NCBI GenBank assembly: GCA_902493155.1
Contig: CABUOE010000001.1
Location: 1-50,649 of the forward strand
Length of the DNA: 50,649 nt
Reading direction: 5' to 3'
Origin: an uncultured Eubacteriales bacterium
GTDB lineage: Bacteria > Bacillota > Clostridia > Oscillospirales > Ruminococcaceae
Part shown: positions 10,712-20,982 of the stretch, piece after piece
Numbering within the stretch: the first letter of the stretch is position 1
How the letters are laid out: every line of letters starts with the position of its first letter
Made by a program: the position numbers and the translations under genes
Notes under the pieces: generated by a model
Databases searched by the model: none
What the model was told of the DNA's origin: nothing
The model's input: only the letters and a program-made list of their open reading frames with translations

Positions 10712-11230
10712 ATGAACTGCAGTGAACTCATTGCATCAAGAAGAAGTGTACGGAAATATTTAAGCAAAGAGGTTCCCAACGGGCTGATTGAGCGTTTGCT
10801 GCAGGCGGCTCATTGGGCGCCCAGTGGCGGCAACATGCAGCCCTGGCATTTTTACGTCCTCCGGGGAGAGCCAAAACAAAAAGCCTGCGACAGCCTGGGC
10901 CGTCCCGACCACTGGATTTACGGCGTCCCTGTGGTAATTTTGGTCTGCGCCGAGCCCGGACGCTCGGGGGAACGGTTTGGGGAACGGGGAGCAGAGCTTT
11001 ACTGCCTCCAGGACACCGCAGCGGCCATCCAGAACATCCTCATCTGCGCCAAGGCAAACGGCCTCTCTACCTGCTGGGTGGGCGCATTTGATGAATCCAC
11101 CTGTAAAGAGGCGCTGAACCTTCCTGACGAATACCGTCCCGTCGCCATGATTCCGGTGGGCTATTCGGAAGAAGAGCCCAAAGCTCCGGAACGCCGCTCT
11201 CTCACCCAAGTCGTTACCTATCTGGAGTAA
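10712..11230 (+). CDS. Nitroreductase family protein
   Basis: RRSVRKY, APSGGNMQPW, QNIL, GLSTCW. Confidence 0.92.
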   Translation: MNCSELIASRRSVRKYLSKEVPNGLIERLLQAAHWAPSGGNMQPWHFYVLRGEPKQKACDSLGRPDHWIYGVPVVILVCAEPGRSGERFGERGAELYCLQDTAAAIQNILICAKANGLSTCWVGAFDESTCKEALNLPDEYRPVAMIPVGYSEEEPKAPERRSLTQVVTYLE

Positions 11231-11234
11231 ACTT

Positions 11235-11266
11235 AAAACGCCTGACCAGTTTGGTCAGGCGTTTTT
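11235..11266. terminator. Bidirectional terminator between nitroreductase and dnaE
   Basis: aaaacgcctgacca/tggtcaggcgtttt. Confidence 0.85.
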
Positions 11267-11294
11267 CTCATATTCGATTCCTGTGAAAAAGTTC

Positions 11295-14200
11295 TTACTT
11301 CACAGCGTATCCATCCTTGCCCACGAGCTCATTGAGCTCATCGAACAGAAGCCCCGCCAAACTCACCCGTTCCTTTCCCGGCGGATAGCAGTATTTTTTC
11401 TCATCGGCGAAATAGAGCTTCACCGGAGCATTTCCCGGGTACTCCCTGCACAGGCTCAAAACAGCGGGCAGCCGCTTGTCCTCTTTGGAGGTAAACTTGA
11501 TGAACAGCGTCATCTCTTTCTCCGACGGCTGAAAATCTCCCAGGGAAAACAGCTTGTTGCAAAGGATTTTTGGCTCTTCGTCCTCCCGGAGAGAAACTAA
11601 CCCCTCAGCAATCAGCGGCTCGCCGGAGCGGAGAAGCCGCTCATATTGGTCGTAAACCTTCGGGAACACCACCATTTCCAGCTTGCCGGTGATATCCTCA
11701 AACTCCACAAAGCACATGCTCTGACCGCTTTTGGTGGTGGTGAGCTTCTGGGAAGCGACCCTTCCTAAGATCCGTACCGGCTTGCGGTCGGTGTACCTCG
11801 TCTCGTCGTTACCAATGTCCACCAGATTGTCCATATGATACTTTTTCACAAGAGGGGCGTACTGCTGGAGCGGATGCCCCGTCAGGTAAAATCCCAAAGC
11901 CTCGTACTCGAATTTTAAGAGCTCCCCCTGGGAATACTCGTCGCACCGCACCATGTCGGCCTGGGGTTCCTCAATTTGCGCGGCGGCGAAAAGGCTGATC
12001 TGCCCGCCTGCGTTGTTTTTCCCATAAAAGGCCGCCGCTTCCATTGCTTTTTCATAGGAGGCGTAAAGCTCCTTCCGATGGAAGCCGAAACAGTCCAGCG
12101 CGCCGCAGCCAATGAGGCTTTCCAGGTTCCGCTTGTTTAAATCCTTGCCGTAGAGCCGCTTGCAGAACTCAAAGAGGTTTTGATACGGCCCGTTTTCCTC
12201 CCGCTCGGCGATGATGTTGTCTAAGACCCCTTTGCCCATGCTCTTGATGGCCAGCAGTCCAAACCGGATGGCCTGCCCTTCCACCGTAAAGGCGGAAACG
12301 CTCTTGTTGATGTCCGGCGGCAGGATAGGGATGTGCAGTTCCCGGCATTCCCCCACATATTCCAAAAGCTTCCCGGTATTTTCAAGCACCGATGTGAGAA
12401 GCGCCGCCATGTACTCTCTCGGATAGTGGCACTTCAGGTAGGCGGTCTCATAGGAGACGATGGAATAAGCCGCCGCATGGGATTTATTGAAGGCGTACTC
12501 GGCAAAGGAGGCCATATCGTCGAAAATCTCGTTGGCCACCTTGGGGTCGATACCGTTGGCCACAGCGCCCACACATTCCACAGACCCATCTTCCCGCTTT
12601 TTGCCGTAAATGAAGTTTTGGCGCTCCGCCTCCATAACGTCCTTTTTCTTTTTGGACATGGCGCGGCGCACCAAATCCGCCCGGCCGTAGGAATATCCCG
12701 CTAACGACCGGAACACCTGCATCACCTGTTCCTGATAGAGCAGGCAGCCGCCGGTGACGTTTAAAATTGGCTCCAACTGAGGGACTTTATATCGTATCTT
12801 TTCCGGGTGGAACCGGTTTTGGATATAAACCGGGATGGAGGAACTGGGGCCGGGCCGGTAGATGGAAGTGGCCGCCGTCAAATCCTCGATGTTTCTGGGC
12901 TTCATGTTGATGAGCATCTGCCGCATCCCCGCCGACTCGAACTGGAATACCCCGCCCGTTTCTCCCCTTGAAAACATCTCGTAGACCTTTTTGTCGTCCA
13001 GCGGGATTTTGTCGATGGAAAAGGAAGGCTCCCGCTTCTGGATCTCCTTGGCACAGTGGTCGATGACCGTCAGGTTCCGAAGGCCCAAAAAGTCCATCTT
13101 TAAAAGCCCTAATTCTTCCAGCGTCGTCATGGGAAACTGGGTGATAATGGATTCGTCGCTCTTTTGTAAAGGCACATATTCGCTGACCGGATCGGCGGTG
13201 ATGACGACGCCCGCCGCATGGGTGGAAGCGTGCCGCGGCATTCCTTCTACCTTTCTCGCCATGTCGAGAAGCTCCTTGATTTCCGGATCGGACTCGTACA
13301 ACTCCCGAAGCTCCTTCACATCCTTCATGGCCTTGTCCACCGTCATCTTAAGCTGGAACGGAATAAGCTTTGCGATTCTGTCCACTTTCTGATAAGGCAT
13401 TCCAAGCGCCCGCCCTACGTCCCGGACGGAGCCTTTGGCCGCCATGGTGCCGAAGGTGATAATCTGCGCCACGTGGTCGGCGCCGTATTTGCGGATGACA
13501 TAGTCGATGACCTCCTGCCGCCGCTCATAGCAGAAGTCCACGTCGAAATCGGGCATGCTGACCCGCTCCGGGTTTAAAAACCGCTCAAAAATGAGGTTGT
13601 ATTTCATGGGGTCAACGCCGGTAATCCCCATACAGTAGGCGATGAGGCTTCCCGCCCCCGACCCCCTGCCAGGCCCCACGGGAATCCCCACGCTTTTGGC
13701 GTAGCGAATAAAATCGTATACAATGAGGTAGTAGTTCATATACCCCATTTTGACGATAACGTCCATCTCGTAGTCGAACCGTTCCTGCAATTCCGGCGTG
13801 ATGGTGCCGTACCTCTTTTTGAGGCCCCGGCGGCTCAAATCGGTAAAATATTCCAGATTATCCCGTCCGTCGGGCGGAGTGAATTTTGGAAGCTTGGTCT
13901 GCCCAAAGGTAAAATCGAAGCTGCACTGCTCGGCAATGTTGACCGTATTGTCGATGGCGTCCTGAAAATCCGGGAGGGCTTCTTCCATCTCGGCCCTGGA
14001 CTTCACATAAAACTCATCGGTGGGAAATTCCAGGGTTCCGCCATCTCCGTAAACGTGGTTTGTCTGGATACAGACCAGAATATTCTGCATCTTAGCATCG
14101 TCTTTGTTCAGATAATGACAGTCGTTGGTGGCAACCAGTGGAATCCCCGTCTCGTCGGAGAGCTTCCGGAACAATGGCAGAATCTGCTGCTGCTCTTTGA

Positions 14201-14744
14201 TACCGTGATTTTGCACTTCGATATAGTAGTTGCCTTCCCCGAAGATATCTAAATACCGCAGAGCCGTTTCCTTTGCCCCCTCGTAATCGCCTCTGGTGAG
14301 CTTCCTGGGAATTTCCCCTGCCAAACAGGCGGACAGAGCGATCAGTCCCTCGTAGTGCTTCTGGAGCAGTTCCAAATCCACCCGGGGCCGGTTATAAAAC
14401 CCTTCGATGTACCCCGCCGACACCATCTTGATGAGATTTTGGTACCCCACGGCGTTTTTGCAGAGCAAAACCAGGTGATAGGGGCTGGAATCCACCTTGT
14501 GCACCTTGTCGAACCGGGTGCGGGGCGCCACATACACTTCGCAGCCGATGATGGCCTTGACCCCTTCTTTCTGACAAGCCTTGTACAAATCCACCACGCC
14601 GTACATACAGCCGTGATCGGTGATGGCGACGGTGTCCTGCCCCAGCTCCTTTACCTTTTTGGGAAGGTCTTTGATACGGCAGGCCCCGTCCAGGAGGCTA
14701 TATTCAGTATGCAGATGCAGATGTACGAACTTCTTATTTTCCAT
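11295..14744 (-). CDS. dnaE: DNA polymerase III subunit alpha
   Basis: PHP HLHTEYSLLDG, GPGRGSGAGS, MPDFDVDF, KMDFLGL, YAFNKSHAAAY, C-terminal OB-fold. Confidence 0.97.
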   Translation of the reverse strand: MENKKFVHLHLHTEYSLLDGACRIKDLPKKVKELGQDTVAITDHGCMYGVVDLYKACQKEGVKAIIGCEVYVAPRTRFDKVHKVDSSPYHLVLLCKNAVGYQNLIKMVSAGYIEGFYNRPRVDLELLQKHYEGLIALSACLAGEIPRKLTRGDYEGAKETALRYLDIFGEGNYYIEVQNHGIKEQQQILPLFRKLSDETGIPLVATNDCHYLNKDDAKMQNILVCIQTNHVYGDGGTLEFPTDEFYVKSRAEMEEALPDFQDAIDNTVNIAEQCSFDFTFGQTKLPKFTPPDGRDNLEYFTDLSRRGLKKRYGTITPELQERFDYEMDVIVKMGYMNYYLIVYDFIRYAKSVGIPVGPGRGSGAGSLIAYCMGITGVDPMKYNLIFERFLNPERVSMPDFDVDFCYERRQEVIDYVIRKYGADHVAQIITFGTMAAKGSVRDVGRALGMPYQKVDRIAKLIPFQLKMTVDKAMKDVKELRELYESDPEIKELLDMARKVEGMPRHASTHAAGVVITADPVSEYVPLQKSDESIITQFPMTTLEELGLLKMDFLGLRNLTVIDHCAKEIQKREPSFSIDKIPLDDKKVYEMFSRGETGGVFQFESAGMRQMLINMKPRNIEDLTAATSIYRPGPSSSIPVYIQNRFHPEKIRYKVPQLEPILNVTGGCLLYQEQVMQVFRSLAGYSYGRADLVRRAMSKKKKDVMEAERQNFIYGKKREDGSVECVGAVANGIDPKVANEIFDDMASFAEYAFNKSHAAAYSIVSYETAYLKCHYPREYMAALLTSVLENTGKLLEYVGECRELHIPILPPDINKSVSAFTVEGQAIRFGLLAIKSMGKGVLDNIIAEREENGPYQNLFEFCKRLYGKDLNKRNLESLIGCGALDCFGFHRKELYASYEKAMEAAAFYGKNNAGGQISLFAAAQIEEPQADMVRCDEYSQGELLKFEYEALGFYLTGHPLQQYAPLVKKYHMDNLVDIGNDETRYTDRKPVRILGRVASQKLTTTKSGQSMCFVEFEDITGKLEMVVFPKVYDQYERLLRSGEPLIAEGLVSLREDEEPKILCNKLFSLGDFQPSEKEMTLFIKFTSKEDKRLPAVLSLCREYPGNAPVKLYFADEKKYCYPPGKERVSLAGLLFDELNELVGKDGYAVK

Positions 14745-14843
14745 ACCGAACCTCCTTTGAATCAGCGCAGCTTAAGAATCATTGCTTGTCCAATGACAGG
14801 CTGAATTTTCGAGAAAAAACGCAGGAGCCTTTCCGTGCATTTT

Positions 14844-15116
14844 TTAAAATCCAACGAACATATACACAGTAGCGCCGGTAATCACTAGCGCCACAATGGC
14901 GAATATCACGGTATAAACCAGCTCTCCCGGGGATTTTTTCTCCAAAGACCGGTACTCCAGCACCTGAAACAGAGTCAGCACCCACATGCAGATAGAGAGC
15001 ACTAAAAACAGCATCTTTTTGATGACAGGATCGCCGATAATGGTAGCCGCCAAGCCTCCTACGACTAAAACCGCCGCCCCCGCGTATTCGATGAAATCTT
15101 TTTTCTGTATCTTCAT
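14844..15116 (-). CDS. Small membrane protein (about 90 aa, about 3 TM segments)
   Basis: AAAGGA RBS before ATG at 15116; three hydrophobic stretches; co-directional with whiA and dnaE. Confidence 0.65.
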   Translation of the reverse strand: MKIQKKDFIEYAGAAVLVVGGLAATIIGDPVIKKMLFLVLSICMWVLTLFQVLEYRSLEKKSPGELVYTVIFAIVALVITGATVYMFVGF

Positions 15117-15162
15117 ATTACTGTCCTTTCCCAATTGCAATACGCTTTCCATAAAAAGTCAC

Positions 15163-16083
15163 TTATTGCTGTTTTCCGTCCCTCTGCCGCAGCTTGTCCG
15201 CCGCCGCGGAAATCCGTTTTAGCCGGTGGTTCACCCCGGAACGGCTGAGCGGGGTGCTCAAAAGCTCCGATAGCTCCCGCAGGGACAGCTCCGGGTTTTC
15301 CAGCCTCAGTTCGGCCAGTTCCCTCAAGTCGTCTTCTAAAAAAGAGAGACCCGCGTGAGATTCGATATAGCGGATATCCTGCACCTGGGAGCTGGAGGCG
15401 GAGACCGTCTTATCGAGATTCGCCGTCTCGCAGTTGGTCACCCGGTTCACCTTGTTGCGCACGTCCTTCATCACCTTGATATCCATAAGCTGCAGCGCAA
15501 ACTTGGAACTGCCAATAAGAGTGAGAAAATCCTCTATCTGTTCGCTTTCCTTCAGGTAGAGAATTTCGCTGTGCTTACGTTTGGTCAGCTTAAATCGGAT
15601 TCCCATCCCCTGGGCCAGCAGAAAAACCTCCTCCGCCAACATTCGGTTGGGGGCCACCAGCTCCAAATGATATTCCTTTTCCGGATTGGTCACCGAACCG
15701 GAAAGCAGAAAAAGCCCCCGCAAAAATGCCGCCAGGCAACGAGGGCTTTCGGTAAACTCCGGATTGAGAGCTGTGGCGCTAATAGAAAAATATTCACAGA
15801 GAAGCTCTCTTTGATGGGGGTCCTCGATGAGCACAGCATACATGGGGACATTTTCCTTAAGCCGTCTGGGGTCGGTGTGTATAGTGACAAACGTCCCCAT
15901 CATCCCCGCCAGGCTCTGGGCAAAATGCTCCGCCACAAATTTATTTTCGGTGGCGAAAACCTGAGCATCCTCGGGAAAACTCCGGCTAAAGCTGAGCATA
16001 CCGTAAAGCTGCGCCTTTTCATAACACTCTTTTTTTCCTTCCAATTTGCAGAGTTCTTTTTTCACGTCCTGACAAAACGACAT
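15163..16083 (-). CDS. whiA: DNA-binding protein WhiA
   Basis: AFLRGLFL-GSVTNP-YHLE, NRVTNCETANLDKT, HTH SRSGVNHRL. Confidence 0.95.
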   Translation of the reverse strand: MSFCQDVKKELCKLEGKKECYEKAQLYGMLSFSRSFPEDAQVFATENKFVAEHFAQSLAGMMGTFVTIHTDPRRLKENVPMYAVLIEDPHQRELLCEYFSISATALNPEFTESPRCLAAFLRGLFLLSGSVTNPEKEYHLELVAPNRMLAEEVFLLAQGMGIRFKLTKRKHSEILYLKESEQIEDFLTLIGSSKFALQLMDIKVMKDVRNKVNRVTNCETANLDKTVSASSSQVQDIRYIESHAGLSFLEDDLRELAELRLENPELSLRELSELLSTPLSRSGVNHRLKRISAAADKLRQRDGKQQ

Positions 16084-16117
16084 GGCGTCCTCCTTCTCAA
16101 AACGCAGCCGTCAAAAC

Positions 16118-16975
16118 CTATTTGGCAATATCCCTGTGGACGACCCGGACGTTTCCGCCCTGCTCCGACAGAAAATGGTAGATATTTTCGGCAAAGGTAA
16201 CGCTCCGGTGTTTTCCCCCAGTACAGCCCACCGCGATCATCAGCTGACTCTTGCCCTCCTTCTGGTAGAGGGGAATTAAAAAGTCAATGAGATCCTTGAG
16301 CTTATCCATAAGCTCAAGGGAATTGGGCGAGTTCATCACGTAATCCCGTACCTCCTGATCCAGGCCGGTCTTATTTTTCAAGGCGTCCACATAGTAGGGA
16401 TTGGGCAGGCACCGCACGTCGAACACCAGATCCGCCTCAGCGGGAGAACCGTATTTGAACCCAAAGGACATAACGTTGATGAGCATACCGTTTTGCAGAT
16501 CGTCTAAAAAGATGTTGTTCATCCGCTGTTTTAATTCGTTTGCTGACAGATGGGTGGTGTCGATGATGTAGTCCGCCCGCTCTCTGGCAGGCTTTAAGAG
16601 CACCCGCTCGTTGCGGATGGCTTCCCCGATGCCGCCGCTGGTCAAATCAGCCAGAGGGTGCCGGCGCCTGGTTTCCTTGTACCGGCGCATCAGCTCCTGG
16701 TCGGTGGCATCCAAAAACAACAGCTTATATTTGAGTCCTTTGCCCTGAAGTTCGTCCAGTTCCTCGAACAATCCATAAAACAGGTCGCCGCCCCGCATAT
16801 CGGTGACGATGGCGACCCGTTTGAACTTGCTGTCAGCGGCAAGACAGATTTCGGCCACCTTGGAGATGAGCTTGGGCGGCATATTGTCGACGCAGTAAAA
16901 GCCGATGTCCTCCAAAGCGTCAATAGCCCGGGATTTCCCGGCTCCGGAAAGGCCTGTAACAATCAACAAATCCAT
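16118..16975 (-). CDS. rapZ: RNase adapter RapZ / YvcJ P-loop protein
   Basis: TGLSGAGKS, VDNMP, ETRRRHPL, SFGFKYG, DVRCLPNP, GCTGGKHRSV. Confidence 0.95.
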   Translation of the reverse strand: MDLLIVTGLSGAGKSRAIDALEDIGFYCVDNMPPKLISKVAEICLAADSKFKRVAIVTDMRGGDLFYGLFEELDELQGKGLKYKLLFLDATDQELMRRYKETRRRHPLADLTSGGIGEAIRNERVLLKPARERADYIIDTTHLSANELKQRMNNIFLDDLQNGMLINVMSFGFKYGSPAEADLVFDVRCLPNPYYVDALKNKTGLDQEVRDYVMNSPNSLELMDKLKDLIDFLIPLYQKEGKSQLMIAVGCTGGKHRSVTFAENIYHFLSEQGGNVRVVHRDIAK

Positions 16976-17012
16976 CTATATCCTCCATCCATCGGGCAAG
17001 TACACATCTCTA

Positions 17013-17957
17013 TCACGGACAGCCTGCGGGCACTGCCTTGACAACATTTCCGTCCGCTTTCAGCTGCATCACTTCACATTCCAGGCAAAATCCCGTCTGC
17101 CGTTTCACTTCTTCTTTCACCTTTTCGATGAGCTTCAGCACATCTTTGCAGGTAGCATCCTTATAATTGATGACAAACCCGCTGTGCTTCTCGCTCACCA
17201 TGGCCCCTCCCACAGAAAGGCCCTTTAAGCCGCACTGCTCGATCAGTGCCGCCGCAAAAGCACCTTCCGGCCGCTTGAAGGTGCTGCCCCCGCTGGGATA
17301 TTCCAAGGGCTGCTTTGATTTTCTCCGCTCCATCAGTTCATCCATCCGGGCACGGATTTCCTCCCTGCCCTTTGGGGCGAGCTTCATAGCCGTCCGGACG
17401 ATACAGAGGGGCTTTCCAGTGTAAAAGCTGTGCCGGTAGGAGTACTCGAGCTTTTCCGCCGGAATCCGGCAGAGGTTTCCATTTTCGTCCAGATGTTCGC
17501 AGTAGAGTACCACGTCTTTCATCTCGCCGCCATAAGCCCCGGCGTTCATGTAGGCAGCGCCCCCCACGCTTCCGGGAATGCCCCAGGCAAACTCCAGCCC
17601 CGAAAGCCCGTTGCGGTAGGCGGTATAGCAGGCTTTGGAAAGCGGCGCTCCCGCTTCGCAGATGATCACATGATCCTCCACCGTACACCGGGCGAAATCC
17701 TTGCCCAAAAAGACGGCGACAGCATCCACTCCCTCGTCGTCGATCAGCAGATTGGAGCCCTTCCCCAGAAAAAAGTGAGGGACGTTTTCCCGGAGCACCG
17801 GCAGCAATGTTGACAGTTCTTCCACGCTTTTGGGGACGATAAACAGAGGAACGGTTCCTCCGATCCGGAAGCTGGTGTGTTTTTTCATCGGCTCGTCGCA
17901 AACAAACCGAATTCCCTCCTCCGCGCAATATGCCTTGACCTTATCGTAACCATTCAT
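17013..17957 (-). CDS. murB: UDP-N-acetylmuramate dehydrogenase
   Basis: HTSFRIGG, GKGSNLL, GIPGSVGG-MNAGAYG, KQPLEYPSGGSTFKRP. Confidence 0.96.
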   Translation of the reverse strand: MNGYDKVKAYCAEEGIRFVCDEPMKKHTSFRIGGTVPLFIVPKSVEELSTLLPVLRENVPHFFLGKGSNLLIDDEGVDAVAVFLGKDFARCTVEDHVIICEAGAPLSKACYTAYRNGLSGLEFAWGIPGSVGGAAYMNAGAYGGEMKDVVLYCEHLDENGNLCRIPAEKLEYSYRHSFYTGKPLCIVRTAMKLAPKGREEIRARMDELMERRKSKQPLEYPSGGSTFKRPEGAFAAALIEQCGLKGLSVGGAMVSEKHSGFVINYKDATCKDVLKLIEKVKEEVKRQTGFCLECEVMQLKADGNVVKAVPAGCP

Positions 17958-18053
17958 CCTGTGACTCTAACCCCCGCATTCGGTGAATTTTTTGAGCAGT
18001 TGCCTCCACATCGCGTGAGGGCCTCCCTCATATATACGCACCAAACAGCGCGT

Positions 18054-19016
18054 TTATTTCTTTTCGTGCATCCGCCAGAGCATAGCAGCACCGATGGTGC
18101 CGGCATCGTTACCCAGTTCCGCCACTTTGAGGGTGGTTCTGGCGGTATTTTCGAGGCCGTAGGTCTCCACTTTGAGGATTTCCCGCAAGGGCGCCAGCAG
18201 CGTTTCCCCTTCCTTGCAGATGCCGCCGCCGATGAGCAGCACCTCCGGCTGGAAGATGTTCACAAAGTTCGCCAGTCCGCTGCCCAAGTAGCTGATATAA
18301 TCGTTCACCAGCTTTTTGCCCACTTCGTCGCCCATTCGCATGGCGTCAAAGGCGGTTTTGCCGTTGACTTCGTCCAGGGTTTTGGCCACTTCCCAAAGCT
18401 TGGACTGCGGATTCGCCTCCATGGCCTCCTGAGTCATTTTAACCAATGCAGAGGCAGACGCATACGCCTCCAGACAGCCTTTTCTTCCGCAGGCGCAATC
18501 CCGGCCGTTATAATCAATGACGATATGGCCCAGCTCGCCGCCGATGCCGTTAAAGCCGGAATAGATTTTTCCGTCGATGATAATACCGCCGCCAACGCCG
18601 GTACCCAAAGTGACCATGATCACATCGCTGATGCCCTTGGCAGCGCCTGCGATGGCTTCTCCGTAAGCCGCCACATTGGCGTCGTTTTCCAGATAAACCG
18701 CCTTGTGAATCCGCTCTTCTACATATCTCGCCAAAGGCGTGTTCTCAAACTGCAAATTGCAGGAATAGATGACGGTTCCGGTTTTCACGTCCACAGCACC
18801 CGGGGTGCCGACGCCGACCGATTCGATATCGTCAATGGTCAAATTCAGCTCTGCCAGTGCTTTCCGGGCGCATTCCACCATCCGGTCGGCCAGCGCTTCG
18901 TCGTTGCCGTCCACAGCGGAAGGGATGGACGCCTTAGCGACCACCTTGCAGTTTTCATCCACGACACCCGCTTTGATAAAGGTGCCCCCCAAATCGATAC
19001 CAATATAGTACTTCAT
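18054..19016 (-). CDS. ROK family sugar kinase (glucokinase-like)
   Basis: GIDLGGT, LENDANVAA, TLGTGVGGG, GELGH-CACG-GCLEAYAS; no N-terminal HTH. Confidence 0.92.
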   Translation of the reverse strand: MKYYIGIDLGGTFIKAGVVDENCKVVAKASIPSAVDGNDEALADRMVECARKALAELNLTIDDIESVGVGTPGAVDVKTGTVIYSCNLQFENTPLARYVEERIHKAVYLENDANVAAYGEAIAGAAKGISDVIMVTLGTGVGGGIIIDGKIYSGFNGIGGELGHIVIDYNGRDCACGRKGCLEAYASASALVKMTQEAMEANPQSKLWEVAKTLDEVNGKTAFDAMRMGDEVGKKLVNDYISYLGSGLANFVNIFQPEVLLIGGGICKEGETLLAPLREILKVETYGLENTARTTLKVAELGNDAGTIGAAMLWRMHEKK

Positions 19017-19081
19017 AAACTTCCAAACCTTTCTGTTCAGCCCGCCAAAGCTTCTCTGGCAGACGTATTATCAATTTTTAT

Positions 19082-19801
19082 TCACTTCTCCAGCCGCTGC
19101 TTCCGCTTTTCGATGTAGTCAAAAAACCGATCCGCATCGAGATTGAGAACCAAATCCTCCGGGTAATCGATTTCTTTCAGCATCCGGAGCGCGCGGGGGA
19201 CTTTTCCAACCGCCGCCGCAAAATGAGCGTCGGAGCCAACACAGGCCACTGCCCCGTACTTCTTGCAGAGCTTTGCGATTTCAACGCAGCGTTCCTTGGC
19301 GCCTTCCTTATCAAAGCTATGCTCGTTGAATTCCATGATTTTGCCCCGCTCCACCAGATGTTTAACCACTTTCTCCTGATCGTAGAAAAACCTTCCCCGT
19401 CCCGTGTGCCCCAGCATATCCACATAGGGGTTGTCGAGCACTCTCAGATAAGCGGAGGTGCAAGCGTCAAAGTCCGACGCCTCAAATTCCGGCGTGTGGA
19501 TGGACGCGATGACCCAGTCCAGCCTCTGAAGCACGTCCGGCGGGATATCGATTCGCCCGTTTCTATCGAGAATATTGGCTTCTACCCCTTTTAAGATGCG
19601 GACGCCGTACATCTCATCGGAAATCAGATCCATATTGTGAAAATACAAAAGCGGTGCGCCGTCGAAAAGCTCCGGTCCGTGGTCGGTGATGGCGATGCCT
19701 CGAAGCCCCATTTCCCTTGCACACTGCACCGCCTCGATGATCGTCGAATAGGCGTGTTTCACCACGTTTGTATGGCAGTGGACCTCTACTTGAATGTTCA
19801 A
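19082..19801 (-). CDS. PHP-domain phosphatase (YcdX-like)
   Basis: HCHT-HAYST, ITDHGP, GVEANI, ASIH, GSDAH. Confidence 0.9.
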   Translation of the reverse strand: MNIQVEVHCHTNVVKHAYSTIIEAVQCAREMGLRGIAITDHGPELFDGAPLLYFHNMDLISDEMYGVRILKGVEANILDRNGRIDIPPDVLQRLDWVIASIHTPEFEASDFDACTSAYLRVLDNPYVDMLGHTGRGRFFYDQEKVVKHLVERGKIMEFNEHSFDKEGAKERCVEIAKLCKKYGAVACVGSDAHFAAAVGKVPRALRMLKEIDYPEDLVLNLDADRFFDYIEKRKQRLEK

Positions 19802-19814
19802 TTGGCCTTTCCCC

Positions 19815-20777
19815 CTAGAAATTCCAGTCTTTTTCCACTTCCGGCTTATCCTGATCCACCGGCATTCCCAGGTTTGCGAGAAGCTCCTGCGCCGCGTTGT
19901 AACCCATCTTCTTCTGCCGGTTGTTCATGGCGGCCACTTCCAGGATGATGGCTAAGTTTCGTCCGGGCTTGACCGGGATAGTCAAAGAGGGAACCTTCAG
20001 CCCCAAAATGGTGGTGTACTCGTTTTCCATCCCCATTCGGTCGTAAACTTTGGCCGGATCCCAGTGTTCCAGCTTGACGATCATGTCGATTTTCTCGGTC
20101 ATCTTGACCGAACCCATACCAAAAAGCCTCCGGGCGTTGATGATGCCGATGCCGCGAAGCTCCAAAAAGTGACGGATATTGTCCGGAGAGGTTCCCACCA
20201 GCGTCCGGTTGGAAACCCGCCGGATTTCCACTGCGTCGTCGGCGATGAGCCGGTGTCCGCGCTTGACCAGCTCAATGGCGGTCTCGCTTTTGCCGACGCC
20301 GCTGTCGCCTAAAATCAAGATGCCCTCGCCGTAAGCCTCCACCAAAACGCCGTGGCGGGTGATGCGGGGAGCCAACTCCACATTCAGGAAAGAGATCATC
20401 GTCGCCATAAAGCTGGAGGTAGACTCCTGGGTGCGGACGATGGGAACCTGATGCTCCTGTGCCGCAGCAATCAGTTCCGGTACGATATCCATGCCTCGGG
20501 TCACGATGACGGTGGGAATTTTTAGGGCGCACATAGTGTCCAGACGCTCCATCCGTACCTCCGGACTAAGGTCGTTGAGGTAGGCATTTTCCATCTTTCC
20601 GATGATCTGGATGCGATCCGGATCGAAATAGTTTTTAAATCCGGTAATCAGCAGTCCCGGCCGGTTCACCTCACTGGATGAAATCATGATTTCCGCCGGG
20701 TCTTGGGGCAGATAGATGCTTTCCAGAGAAAATTCCTTAATCAGCCGCGCCAGCGAAACAGTAAAATTGGACGCCAT
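19815..20777 (-). CDS. hprK: HPr(Ser) kinase/phosphatase
   Basis: VNRPGL, HGVLV, GDSGVGKSE, LIADD, LELRGIGII, PVKPGRN; start reset to ATG 20777 after AAGGGG RBS. Confidence 0.96.
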   Translation of the reverse strand: MASNFTVSLARLIKEFSLESIYLPQDPAEIMISSSEVNRPGLLITGFKNYFDPDRIQIIGKMENAYLNDLSPEVRMERLDTMCALKIPTVIVTRGMDIVPELIAAAQEHQVPIVRTQESTSSFMATMISFLNVELAPRITRHGVLVEAYGEGILILGDSGVGKSETAIELVKRGHRLIADDAVEIRRVSNRTLVGTSPDNIRHFLELRGIGIINARRLFGMGSVKMTEKIDMIVKLEHWDPAKVYDRMGMENEYTTILGLKVPSLTIPVKPGRNLAIILEVAAMNNRQKKMGYNAAQELLANLGMPVDQDKPEVEKDWNF

Positions 20778-20982
20778 TATTATTTCCCCCTTCTGTGCGG
20801 AAATCCGGCAAGCATCTTTGCCGGATTTCCGCAGGCAGTTACATACGGTAATATTATACACCAAAATAGCCTCTTTTGGCAATATAGCCAGCATAAAAAT
20901 TCCATTTCGTCCACAAAAAATAAAATCAGGAGAAATGGCGCAAAACCATCCCTCCTGATTGCATCTATACGTACGGCCGATA

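Noticed and set aside
17877..19118. 413-aa plus-strand ORF
   Set aside because: Antisense to the ROK kinase; explained by codon bias.
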